The notes under the pieces: model-generated
Told to the model about the DNA's origin: nothing
The model's input: only the letters and a program-made list of their open reading frames with translations
Database searches by the model: none
In this document: positions 38,888-46,191 of the stretch, one piece after another
Layout of the letters: every line of letters starts with the position of its first letter
Position numbering within the stretch: the stretch's first letter is position 1
Made by a program: the position numbers and the translations under genes
Sequence record: MH460460.1
Direction: 5' to 3' (one strand)
DNA length: 64,000 bases

Positions 38888-39088
38888 TTACATCCAGACG
38901 TGAGCAGGTTCGTACCAGAGATTATCGTTCGGATAATCCTTCGCAAGTTTTTCCAATTCCTTTTCCGGATCGGCAAACACCTGACTTACGATTTCTTTTT
39001 CGTGTTCAGGTTCATGCGTGTAAGGATTGATATCAATCGCATGGCGGCAGATGTGAAAGCAGGGGATTTGTCGTGTAAGTGAAAACAT
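38888..39088 (-). CDS. Hypothetical protein
   Basis: 66-aa ORF; AAACTGTAAA motif variant upstream. Confidence 0.55.
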   Translation of the reverse strand: MFSLTRQIPCFHICRHAIDINPYTHEPEHEKEIVSQVFADPEKELEKLAKDYPNDNLWYEPAHVWM

Positions 39089-39143
39089 AATGAATACCAG
39101 AGTTAATTAAACCTATATCCATATTTTTACAGTTTTAAACGTG

Positions 39144-39170
39144 AAAAAGGGCAGCAAGTGCCACCCTTTT
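39144..39170 (-). terminator. Rho-independent terminator (repeated family variant)
   Basis: AAGGGTGGC-ACTT-GCTGCCCTT plus U-run. Confidence 0.8.
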
Positions 39171-39408
39171 ATTTCGGAAGTTCCGTGAAAAATTCATCGC
39201 CGTTATAATAGCCATCAAAAAGAAATGGCCCGGTTACTGCTTCGAGTTTAAGTTTCTCTTTTAAAAGTTTCATATAGCGTTCGCCATATGCACCTAAGTC
39301 AGCAGGCCATTTACGCGCCGTATCATCGACGTAACAGAGGAATGTATAATCCCAATTTTGTTGTGCGAGATTAGGCGCGTTGGAAAGCGAAACAAGAATT
39401 TGCATCAT
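39169..39408 (-). CDS. Small protein with N-terminal ILVSLS tag
   Basis: 79-aa ORF, RBS AAGGTG. Confidence 0.6.
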   Translation of the reverse strand: MMQILVSLSNAPNLAQQNWDYTFLCYVDDTARKWPADLGAYGERYMKLLKEKLKLEAVTGPFLFDGYYNGDEFFTELPK

Positions 39409-39421
39409 TCACCTTCATATT

Positions 39422-39856
39422 TTATCGACGGCGCTTTTTCCGCTTGATGGTGGATTTAGGCAATTTGATTTTCTTCATTGCCTCGCGTGCATCGGAGATT
39501 TGTTTACGCAAACTAGCTCGACGTTCTTCGATAGCTTTTTTGTTTGCATCGGTGACTTCCGTTTTCTCCAGTCGCTCAAGTTCATTGATCAAACGATCAA
39601 CTACTCCAGCGCGTCCGACTTTTTGTTGCTGGATGCGTGCAATATCAGTAGCGCGACGGCGAACCTTTCCACGCTCTGCCAATTCCTTTCTAGCGCCTTG
39701 CACATTACGCTGATTTTCAGTGGCGTCCTGTAGATTATCACGCGCCAACTTTTCACTGCGCTGCGCCTTCTTCACGTTGTCCTTAGCATTTTCCAAAACC
39801 ACTTTCTGTTCTTCGAGAGGGCTTTTCATTTTGCTCAGACTAATGAGAACTTGCAT
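39422..39856 (-). CDS. Basic coiled-coil protein with N-terminal VLISLS tag
   Basis: 144 aa, R/K-rich, C-terminus KRKKRRR. Confidence 0.65.
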   Translation of the reverse strand: MQVLISLSKMKSPLEEQKVVLENAKDNVKKAQRSEKLARDNLQDATENQRNVQGARKELAERGKVRRRATDIARIQQQKVGRAGVVDRLINELERLEKTEVTDANKKAIEERRASLRKQISDAREAMKKIKLPKSTIKRKKRRR

Positions 39857-39858
39857 AG

Positions 39859-40536
39859 TTACTCCAGAATATTTTCGGTACGCGGTTTAAACGTTCCTTT
39901 GTTTCCGATTGCAGATTTGATTTGCGTAGGAGAGAACACAACATAGAAAAAGTGTTCGCCACGTTTCGCAATGATTCCATCTTTCCCGGTTGCGGCTGCA
40001 AACACTTCCGGGAAGCGCCACGATTCCGGCTCACCTGCGTAGATATCATGAAACAGATTATTGCCAGCGGTAATAACATCCATGCCAACAAAGTTATCGA
40101 GATATTCTTTCTTCGCGTTCGCCAAACCTTGATATTCAATATCGTAGTTTTGTGCGAGAAACTCATTGAAGTGAGGACGAGTTAAACCGTTTGCGATTTT
40201 GAAAGCCTGCGTGTAAGTAAGGCGCGGCGGCTTTTCGAAAATGATCGGCTTCGTGATTTTCAAATAGACGGGCATTGTGCTTCCGCTATCTTTGGTATAG
40301 TACCGAGCGAATTCAGGACTATCCGTGAAATAAAATCCAATGCCGTATTCGTCGTTGCCTCCACCCAAACGCTTTTTATCGAAGGTGTCGAAATTTCCCG
40401 GCGTGCCATGATAGACAACGAGCGGATTACCTTGCGGATCTTTGACAACTGATTTTCCAAACCACTTGTCGAAGGCTGCTTGATCTTTTGAAGTGAAGGC
40501 CGAAATAGGCTTCGACAAACTTATTAGAAGTTCCAT
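39859..40536 (-). CDS. ART-PolyVal-like ADP-ribosyltransferase-fold protein (start revised to ATG 40536, MELLISLS)
   Basis: FDKWFGKSVVKDPQGNPLVVYHGT...GIGFYFT...PVYL...DGI...VVFSPTQIKSA matches the ART domain of phage polyvalent proteins. Confidence 0.75.
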   Translation of the reverse strand: MELLISLSKPISAFTSKDQAAFDKWFGKSVVKDPQGNPLVVYHGTPGNFDTFDKKRLGGGNDEYGIGFYFTDSPEFARYYTKDSGSTMPVYLKITKPIIFEKPPRLTYTQAFKIANGLTRPHFNEFLAQNYDIEYQGLANAKKEYLDNFVGMDVITAGNNLFHDIYAGEPESWRFPEVFAAATGKDGIIAKRGEHFFYVVFSPTQIKSAIGNKGTFKPRTENILE

Positions 40537-40555
40537 CGCTAAATCCTTAAAAGAG

Positions 40556-40578
40556 AAAAGCGGGAGCAATCCCGCTTT
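40556..40578 (-). terminator. Rho-independent terminator
   Basis: AAAGCGGGA-TTGC-TCCCGCTTT plus pyrimidine run. Confidence 0.75.
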
Positions 40579-40656
40579 GGAATAAAGTTTCGGTAGCTCG
40601 TACCTACCGCCGAAGTTTTACTTCTTGGCGGTAAAGAAGAGATAAGGATCACCTCC

Positions 40657-41136
40657 TTACTGACCGTAGATCCTACGGCTTGGATACGACTTCATGCGAT
40701 CAACGCCGGGAGTAACTGCCAGCGTTTGATAATAATCTTCCAACGCATCAACGTTAGGAAAGAACACCAGTTGATCTTTCATCTTACTCCAAACAAGATA
40801 CGAAAGTTTTCGGTTATCACCTTCAATCGCCAGATAGAAATCACCTGCGCCGAAAGGCGTTTTAACAGGCATAGGCTTCATGAAGTTTACGAAATCGCTC
40901 GCTTGTTTGAGGACACGATCATTGTAGATACAGATTACCCCATCCTCGCCGGAAGGAACAAAATGCAACTCACCAGTGCGCGATTTAAGCATTCCAATTG
41001 GAGATTTTGACGTGTCAACATCTGCACCGAAAATCTTCTTACACATATGCTTGATTTCAAGCGGATTCAGGTGCTCAGAATAACGCGTCCACAATAAGTC
41101 TTCCGAGACTTTTGAAAGGGAAAAGACGATTTGCAT
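40657..41136 (-). CDS. Hypothetical protein with N-terminal IVFSLS tag
   Basis: 159-aa ORF. Confidence 0.65.
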   Translation of the reverse strand: MQIVFSLSKVSEDLLWTRYSEHLNPLEIKHMCKKIFGADVDTSKSPIGMLKSRTGELHFVPSGEDGVICIYNDRVLKQASDFVNFMKPMPVKTPFGAGDFYLAIEGDNRKLSYLVWSKMKDQLVFFPNVDALEDYYQTLAVTPGVDRMKSYPSRRIYGQ

Positions 41137-41183
41137 TGCAGATTTCCTATAGTGGTCTGTGGTACAAAATTAGCGTCAAAATG

Positions 41184-41211
41184 AAAAATGGGCAGCACAA
41201 GGCCACCCATT
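41184..41211 (-). terminator. Rho-independent terminator (repeated family)
   Basis: ATGGGTGGC-CTTGT-GCTGCCCAT plus U-run. Confidence 0.8.
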
Positions 41212-41215
41212 AAAA

Positions 41216-42436
41216 TTACTTCAACTTGATTGAAAGTTTCCCGGAATAGATATCCGACATTAAACCAGTGATCGTACTTTCAAACATCACCTCAACCGGA
41301 ATACTGGAAGAGTTGATCGCCAATTCGATATCACACAACGCTTTCTGCAAATAGATGATTGCGATTGGTTCGATATTGAATTTTGCTTTCTTGCGGTTAT
41401 CGTTGAACTTACGCAGTTCCGCAGTTTGGAACTTGTTAGTCTTCGCGATATCGCCGAGAATGTAATGCAAAAGCCAACGCGACTTATGAAGCAGGCCACG
41501 AATATCGGCAGCGTTACGCACGGTACGAATGATTTCGATGAGATCCATTTTGAGATAACCAGTAATGAAATCTACCGCCATATCTCCTAAGTTGATTTCC
41601 GGATCGCTTGCCGCCATATCCAGAACCAAATCAGTATTGAATTCTTCACCGCCTTTAACCGCAGAATAAACGGTCTGGAATAAACCGATTGCACCGCGCA
41701 ACTGACCGCCAGAATATTCAGCGATGGTGCGAATCGCAGCACGCGCTTCTTTGAGTTCCTTTTTGTCCTTCGGCAGAATCTTTTCTGCTTTGGCAATAAA
41801 CTCAATGCGCTCTGCAATCACGTCCGGATCAATCGGATTGATTGGCAACTTAACGCAACGAGAAAGAATCGTGCTCTTAATCTTTTGCGGATCAGTTGAG
41901 ATTAAAACCCAAATGGTATGCGGTGCTGGATTCTCAAGAGGAATAAGGAATTTACTTTCCGCTTGTGAAGTCATCAAGTGCGCTTCATCGAGAATGTATA
42001 CGCGACGGCGATACATCGGGCTTAACGTGCTGCTTTCGATGATGCGTTGCGAGCCTTCAACTTTACCGCTATCGTTGCCCATATCGTAGGTAAGAATATC
42101 CGGATGGAAACCGCTATCAAACGCTTTGCACGATGGACATTCACCGCACGCGTTTAGCGTATCGCAGTTCACCGTTTTACCGATGATGTTACCGAACGTT
42201 GTTTTACCGGAACCCAAATGCCCGCTGATCAAAACAACACTTGGGAAAGTTTTAGTTTTCAACCAACCGCGATATTGTTTGTGGATGTGTTCTTGCCCGA
42301 TGAAATCTTCGATGTTCTTCGGACGATATTTGTTTGCGAAGTTAATCGTGTTGAGATCGAGCAACTCACTTGTTTTCTTTTTCTTCTTTTTCTTTGTGTC
42401 TTTGTCTTCAATGATACGGCGCTTTGCTTTGGTCAT
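41216..42436 (-). CDS. dnaX: DnaX-like clamp loader AAA+ ATPase (gamma/tau-like)
   Basis: KYRPK, GHLGSGKTT, C...CGECPSC zinc module, ILDEAH, SRC motif. Confidence 0.9.
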   Translation of the reverse strand: MTKAKRRIIEDKDTKKKKKKKTSELLDLNTINFANKYRPKNIEDFIGQEHIHKQYRGWLKTKTFPSVVLISGHLGSGKTTFGNIIGKTVNCDTLNACGECPSCKAFDSGFHPDILTYDMGNDSGKVEGSQRIIESSTLSPMYRRRVYILDEAHLMTSQAESKFLIPLENPAPHTIWVLISTDPQKIKSTILSRCVKLPINPIDPDVIAERIEFIAKAEKILPKDKKELKEARAAIRTIAEYSGGQLRGAIGLFQTVYSAVKGGEEFNTDLVLDMAASDPEINLGDMAVDFITGYLKMDLIEIIRTVRNAADIRGLLHKSRWLLHYILGDIAKTNKFQTAELRKFNDNRKKAKFNIEPIAIIYLQKALCDIELAINSSSIPVEVMFESTITGLMSDIYSGKLSIKLK

Positions 42437-42472
42437 TTCTGAATTCCAGTTTGAGGGATCGTATACAGGGAA

Positions 42473-42482
42473 TTTACAGATT
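42473..42482 (-). promoter_or_regulatory. Phage promoter motif AATCTGTAAA (representative copy; others listed in findings)
   Basis: Exact 10-mer recurring 9 times, always on the sense strand shortly upstream of a gene. Confidence 0.75.
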
Positions 42483-42487
42483 TGATC

Positions 42488-42532
42488 AAAAAAAAAGGAA
42501 GAACCGCCGTAGCCTTCGGTTCCTCCTTACAG
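42488..42532 (-). terminator. Rho-independent terminator closing the structured element
   Basis: AGGAGGAACCG...CGGTTCTTCCT followed by a long U-run. Confidence 0.8.
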
Positions 42533-42778
42533 GGTAATAATGAATCGCTCTTTATAGTTATGGGTAAACTCCAAAGAAACCTTTTCGAGTCTCTTTGGAG
42601 TTTACCCGCCGGGCTGTCGGAACCCATTAGATAAACTCCCCCGCAGATTAAAGTGCGATAGCGGGATACGCACCGGGCGAGTCTTACTGTCAGTGACCTG
42701 CCCGTGTCATTCACAAGGCCAATGCACGCTCGCCGCTCCACAACGAACCTTCCTGCGAAAAGTTCTTGTAGCGTGAGT
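42530..42778 (-). ncRNA. Candidate structured non-coding RNA of unknown class
   Basis: Gap between genes with a 16-bp perfect hairpin, two further long stems and a predicted H-type pseudoknot; several mismatches are G-U wobbles only on the minus strand. Confidence 0.5.
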
Positions 42779-43354
42779 TTATAAATTAGAAAAAATTTCC
42801 AGTTTCTTATCCAAAGTCTGAATAAAGTTTTCGTCAAAATCAAACACACGGTCGAACGGAAGATTCTTGTTCCACGGCTGATCGAAAAGAATAATGTGTT
42901 CTGCATCTTCTTCGCTGTTCTGACAAGAGAAGTGTGGACGGTCATCGAAAAGAATAAAATCGTCGCCATCGAAAACTTCTTGCAGAAACTCAACCTTGTT
43001 TGGCGTAGTCATCGGATCAAGGAAGTAGTGATCGGAAAACAAATTCCATTCTTCTTCGGTGAAAAGTTTGCGAGTAAGAACCGCACCGAGTTTGTGATAA
43101 CCACGATGAGAGCACGAATAAATATCGTGTCCTTCCGCAATCAGACGGCGCACTATCGGAATGAAGCCTTCACGGATTTCAACTTTATCCATGAAGTGCG
43201 CAGATTCCATCAGGCCGAGGAAACCGCTACCGCCGTTATCTTCTGTGCAATACTCATCAAGCGGAATATCGTCGCCGTGATTTTCTTTCAGATACTTGAC
43301 GTAGAAAGGATGCGTGCGTAATGCAGTATCATCCCAATCAAAAACGATTTTCAT
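42779..43354 (-). CDS. HAD-family 5'(3')-deoxyribonucleotidase-like protein
   Basis: FDWDDT motif I, SHR, K..., FDDRP, FDQPWN. Confidence 0.85.
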   Translation of the reverse strand: MKIVFDWDDTALRTHPFYVKYLKENHGDDIPLDEYCTEDNGGSGFLGLMESAHFMDKVEIREGFIPIVRRLIAEGHDIYSCSHRGYHKLGAVLTRKLFTEEEWNLFSDHYFLDPMTTPNKVEFLQEVFDGDDFILFDDRPHFSCQNSEEDAEHIILFDQPWNKNLPFDRVFDFDENFIQTLDKKLEIFSNL

Positions 43355-43686
43355 TAATGAATCCTTGTAGGGAAAACAAACGGAATGCCAGAAATCATTC
43401 CGAGATTAAAATTGGCAGTCTTCGCATGGTGGCGAATCGTATCCGAGTTTGTAACTTTGTGAATATCTTCACCGTTAGTAAACTTGAACGAGATTTTTAC
43501 CGGAGAGTAAGTATCGGTTTCCGTGTTGTATAGATGAGGATCTAAAATCCAGATTCCATCACCATAATCAGCAAGGCAACCAACGAAAATCATTCCCTCC
43601 GCTTCGTACATTGCGAGAGGACTATCCAGCGTAATAGGGAAGACTTGATTATCTTCCCCTTTCCGATTCAGTTCGTCAATCAACAT
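43354..43686 (-). CDS. Hypothetical protein (start revised to ATG 43686)
   Basis: Short overlap with the upstream stop. Confidence 0.55.
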   Translation of the reverse strand: MLIDELNRKGEDNQVFPITLDSPLAMYEAEGMIFVGCLADYGDGIWILDPHLYNTETDTYSPVKISFKFTNGEDIHKVTNSDTIRHHAKTANFNLGMISGIPFVFPTRIH

Positions 43687-44653
43687 CCCCGCGAAACTCC
43701 TTGACTGTAAGGCGAACCGCTTTGTTGAGAGTTTTACCCAAATCAATTCCTTGAGCGAATCGACTGAAACTATAGGCGAATAACGCACGCGCACTTTTCA
43801 TCGCCGACTTATCAATGTCCGGACGCGCATCACTCACTTCAAGTTCCGCAGGCCAGAATTTTGCAATTGCTTCGCTATCGTTCTGCGCAAGCAATTCCAG
43901 TTCTTTTACGCTCATTACTCGCTGGCGTGCAATGCTACGCAAAATGATATCAGTGAATGGAAGAAGATCTTCCGACACTAAATTTTTCACGTCCTTTGCA
44001 TCGCCTGCTTTCAGGAAGTCATCGAGAAAACCGATAAGCGTTTCTTGATCCAGTTTCTGAACGTTACGCAATTTGTTCAGCAAAAGAATCCATTTGATTT
44101 TGCGCTTGGTGGGAACCAAATGCTGATAAATACTTTCGCCCAATGCCAGCAACATATTGTTGGTAACGTCTTGCGAAAGACTATCTTTGTTCACGCAAAT
44201 GTTGAATGAATCGTGCCATTCTTCTTTTGCGAATTTGGTTTTGAAGTCATGTGTTTTACTGCCGCCGGAAACCTGATTGAAATTGATTTCTTTGCAGCGA
44301 CGCAGCGCTTCACCAACTCCATACTTCTCAACGTAGGAAGGAAACTTTTTGCAGGCAATACGAATAGCCTTGCCTACTTGTTCTTCACGTCCGTAAAGAT
44401 TTAAAGCAGGCATACCAGAAATTTGTTTCAATGCGACGTAAGGAGTAATGCCTACGCCGAAAACTTTTTGCCCCGGTTCCGGATCTTTGCCGAGAATCGC
44501 GAGTATGTCATACTTGGCGCTGAATTTAATTGTTGTTGGTTCCTCTGACGAAAGTGTATTCACCAGATAGCCAACAGTTTTTCCAGTCGCCAGAACAAGA
44601 ACATTTTTGTTGCCGCTGCGAACAACAATATATTCACCTGCACGATGTTTCAT
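43676..44653 (-). CDS. Hypothetical protein
   Basis: 325-aa ORF. Confidence 0.65.
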   Translation of the reverse strand: MKHRAGEYIVVRSGNKNVLVLATGKTVGYLVNTLSSEEPTTIKFSAKYDILAILGKDPEPGQKVFGVGITPYVALKQISGMPALNLYGREEQVGKAIRIACKKFPSYVEKYGVGEALRRCKEINFNQVSGGSKTHDFKTKFAKEEWHDSFNICVNKDSLSQDVTNNMLLALGESIYQHLVPTKRKIKWILLLNKLRNVQKLDQETLIGFLDDFLKAGDAKDVKNLVSEDLLPFTDIILRSIARQRVMSVKELELLAQNDSEAIAKFWPAELEVSDARPDIDKSAMKSARALFAYSFSRFAQGIDLGKTLNKAVRLTVKEFRGDVD

Positions 44654-44695
44654 AACTCAGTCCATTAGAATGCGCGAGTTTCCCCGCGCAGAATT

Positions 44696-45163
44696 TTAAT
44701 CAGAGCCGCCACCGCCGCAATCGGAAGATCCAGAATCAGACGAAGGAGAGCACGTATCAGGAACGTGATGCGATTCAACTCGACCTTCATAGGTGGAGTG
44801 CGAAAGCATACCATCGTAAACAATTTGATTCGGAACATCAGAGCGAGGCGGTGCGCTGAAAGTTTTATGCGTACCGCGAGTGCGTCCAGTAGTCACGCCT
44901 GTTTTGAGGAAAGCAGTTTTACGATGTTTGAAATCTGATACAACCATTTCCAAACAACGAAGAGAATCAGGAGACGGAACAACGTTGCGCACTTTATTTA
45001 AAAACGCGCTGTCTTCTTTCGGCATCAGGTGAACTTTCATATCCTGATACAGCGATTCTACTTTGTAGCTTACAACATTAAAGCGAGACTTGCGTTCATC
45101 GAAAGACTGAACTTGAAACACACGATCCAGATCTTCGAGAATCTCTTCGATAGTTACGCTCAT
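44696..45163 (-). CDS. Hypothetical protein with Gly/Ser-rich tail
   Basis: 155-aa ORF, RBS GAGG. Confidence 0.6.
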   Translation of the reverse strand: MSVTIEEILEDLDRVFQVQSFDERKSRFNVVSYKVESLYQDMKVHLMPKEDSAFLNKVRNVVPSPDSLRCLEMVVSDFKHRKTAFLKTGVTTGRTRGTHKTFSAPPRSDVPNQIVYDGMLSHSTYEGRVESHHVPDTCSPSSDSGSSDCGGGGSD

Positions 45164-45169
45164 AGTGCC

Positions 45170-45664
45170 TCACGTTGACAGGTTAATCAGATATTGATCA
45201 TCAACACCGACGCGGAACATATCTTCCGAAAGTTTTTCGAAGCGGTTGTCTTGACCGCAAATCCATTCGGACTGATCGACGATAACGAAAGAATATTTCT
45301 TTTCGCTTTCACGAATGCGTTGACGAGCGCGACCGTAATCGGCTGGAGTTTCAACGCGAATAAAATCAATACGCGGTTCGATGGAGTCACCGTAAACGCG
45401 TTCTTCTTTTCCCAAACGGATAATGTTCGCGTCCGGGAATTTTTCTAACAGATACTCTGCCAGAAATTGTGACAGCACACTTACGCCAGCGCGTTGCGGA
45501 ACAGTAACAGCAATGCGGCAGTAGTCGCTGATAACGCGCCAGTCAGTGAAGCCTTTCGGCGCAGTGATTTGGCGAATTGATTTCGAGTAGTTCATACTCG
45601 TTTCGATCACATTCAAAATGGAACGTTGAACGGGATTTAACTGCTCAATGGTAAGATCAGACAT
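45170..45664 (-). CDS. Small degenerate P-loop-like protein
   Basis: IAVTVPQRAGVS (Walker A-like) and FVIVDQ (Walker B-like). Confidence 0.5.
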   Translation of the reverse strand: MSDLTIEQLNPVQRSILNVIETSMNYSKSIRQITAPKGFTDWRVISDYCRIAVTVPQRAGVSVLSQFLAEYLLEKFPDANIIRLGKEERVYGDSIEPRIDFIRVETPADYGRARQRIRESEKKYSFVIVDQSEWICGQDNRFEKLSEDMFRVGVDDQYLINLST

Positions 45665-45675
45665 TTAATGTCTCC

Positions 45676-46140
45676 TTAGTTTAGAAGCACAAAGCGAAGC
45701 TGCTGAATGTACGCCTCACCTAAAACGTCGCGGAACTTAATGAGTCTGTATTGGAGAGATTCAATCCGTCCACCAAACTGATAAGCATCGTCAATAACGA
45801 AAAGGGTAGGCTTATCACCAGATTCAAAAACTTTGTGGTATAACTCACGCAGACGATTATGAGTGAAACAAAATTCACCATCAACCGCCTCGTGATCCAT
45901 AGTTAAAAGAAAGGCATTGTATTTCGCTGCCAACTCTTTTGCGAACGTTGAGTGACCGGTTCCCTTTCCCACGCGTATAGAGATAGTGCGCTGATAATAA
46001 AGCCAGTCAGCATTAGGGAAGAAAGGATCATTAAGAATAACGAAAGACTTTTCGAAAGCATTAAATATATCCCAAAAAGTTTTATTCATAAGCGCATAGC
46101 GCTCTTGCTGCAACGCTGCCAGACGTTCGTTGCTACTCAT
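45676..46140 (-). CDS. Small degenerate P-loop-like protein
   Basis: ISIRVGKGTGHS and LFVIDD. Confidence 0.5.
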   Translation of the reverse strand: MSSNERLAALQQERYALMNKTFWDIFNAFEKSFVILNDPFFPNADWLYYQRTISIRVGKGTGHSTFAKELAAKYNAFLLTMDHEAVDGEFCFTHNRLRELYHKVFESGDKPTLFVIDDAYQFGGRIESLQYRLIKFRDVLGEAYIQQLRFVLLN

Positions 46141-46169
46141 AATTATCTTTCCCGAAAAGTGAAGAGAAG

Positions 46170-46191
46170 AAAAAGCCTCCGAAGAGGCTTA
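46170..46191 (-). terminator. Rho-independent terminator
   Basis: AAGCCTC-TTCG-GAGGCTT plus U-run. Confidence 0.85.

Noticed and set aside
40646-40659. 16S rRNA fragment or contamination
   Set aside because: The identity stops after 14 nt and the flanks are continuous phage coding and terminator sequence.
42488-42778. Assignment of the structured element as tmRNA, RNase P RNA, group I intron or HDV/hammerhead ribozyme
   Set aside because: Only partial resemblances (GGAAGGUUCG like RNase P CR-I, CUCCACA like a tmRNA end, GGUAAACUCCA). The matching acceptor stem/T-arm, P1-P4 architecture, P7 or catalytic cores could not be built by hand.
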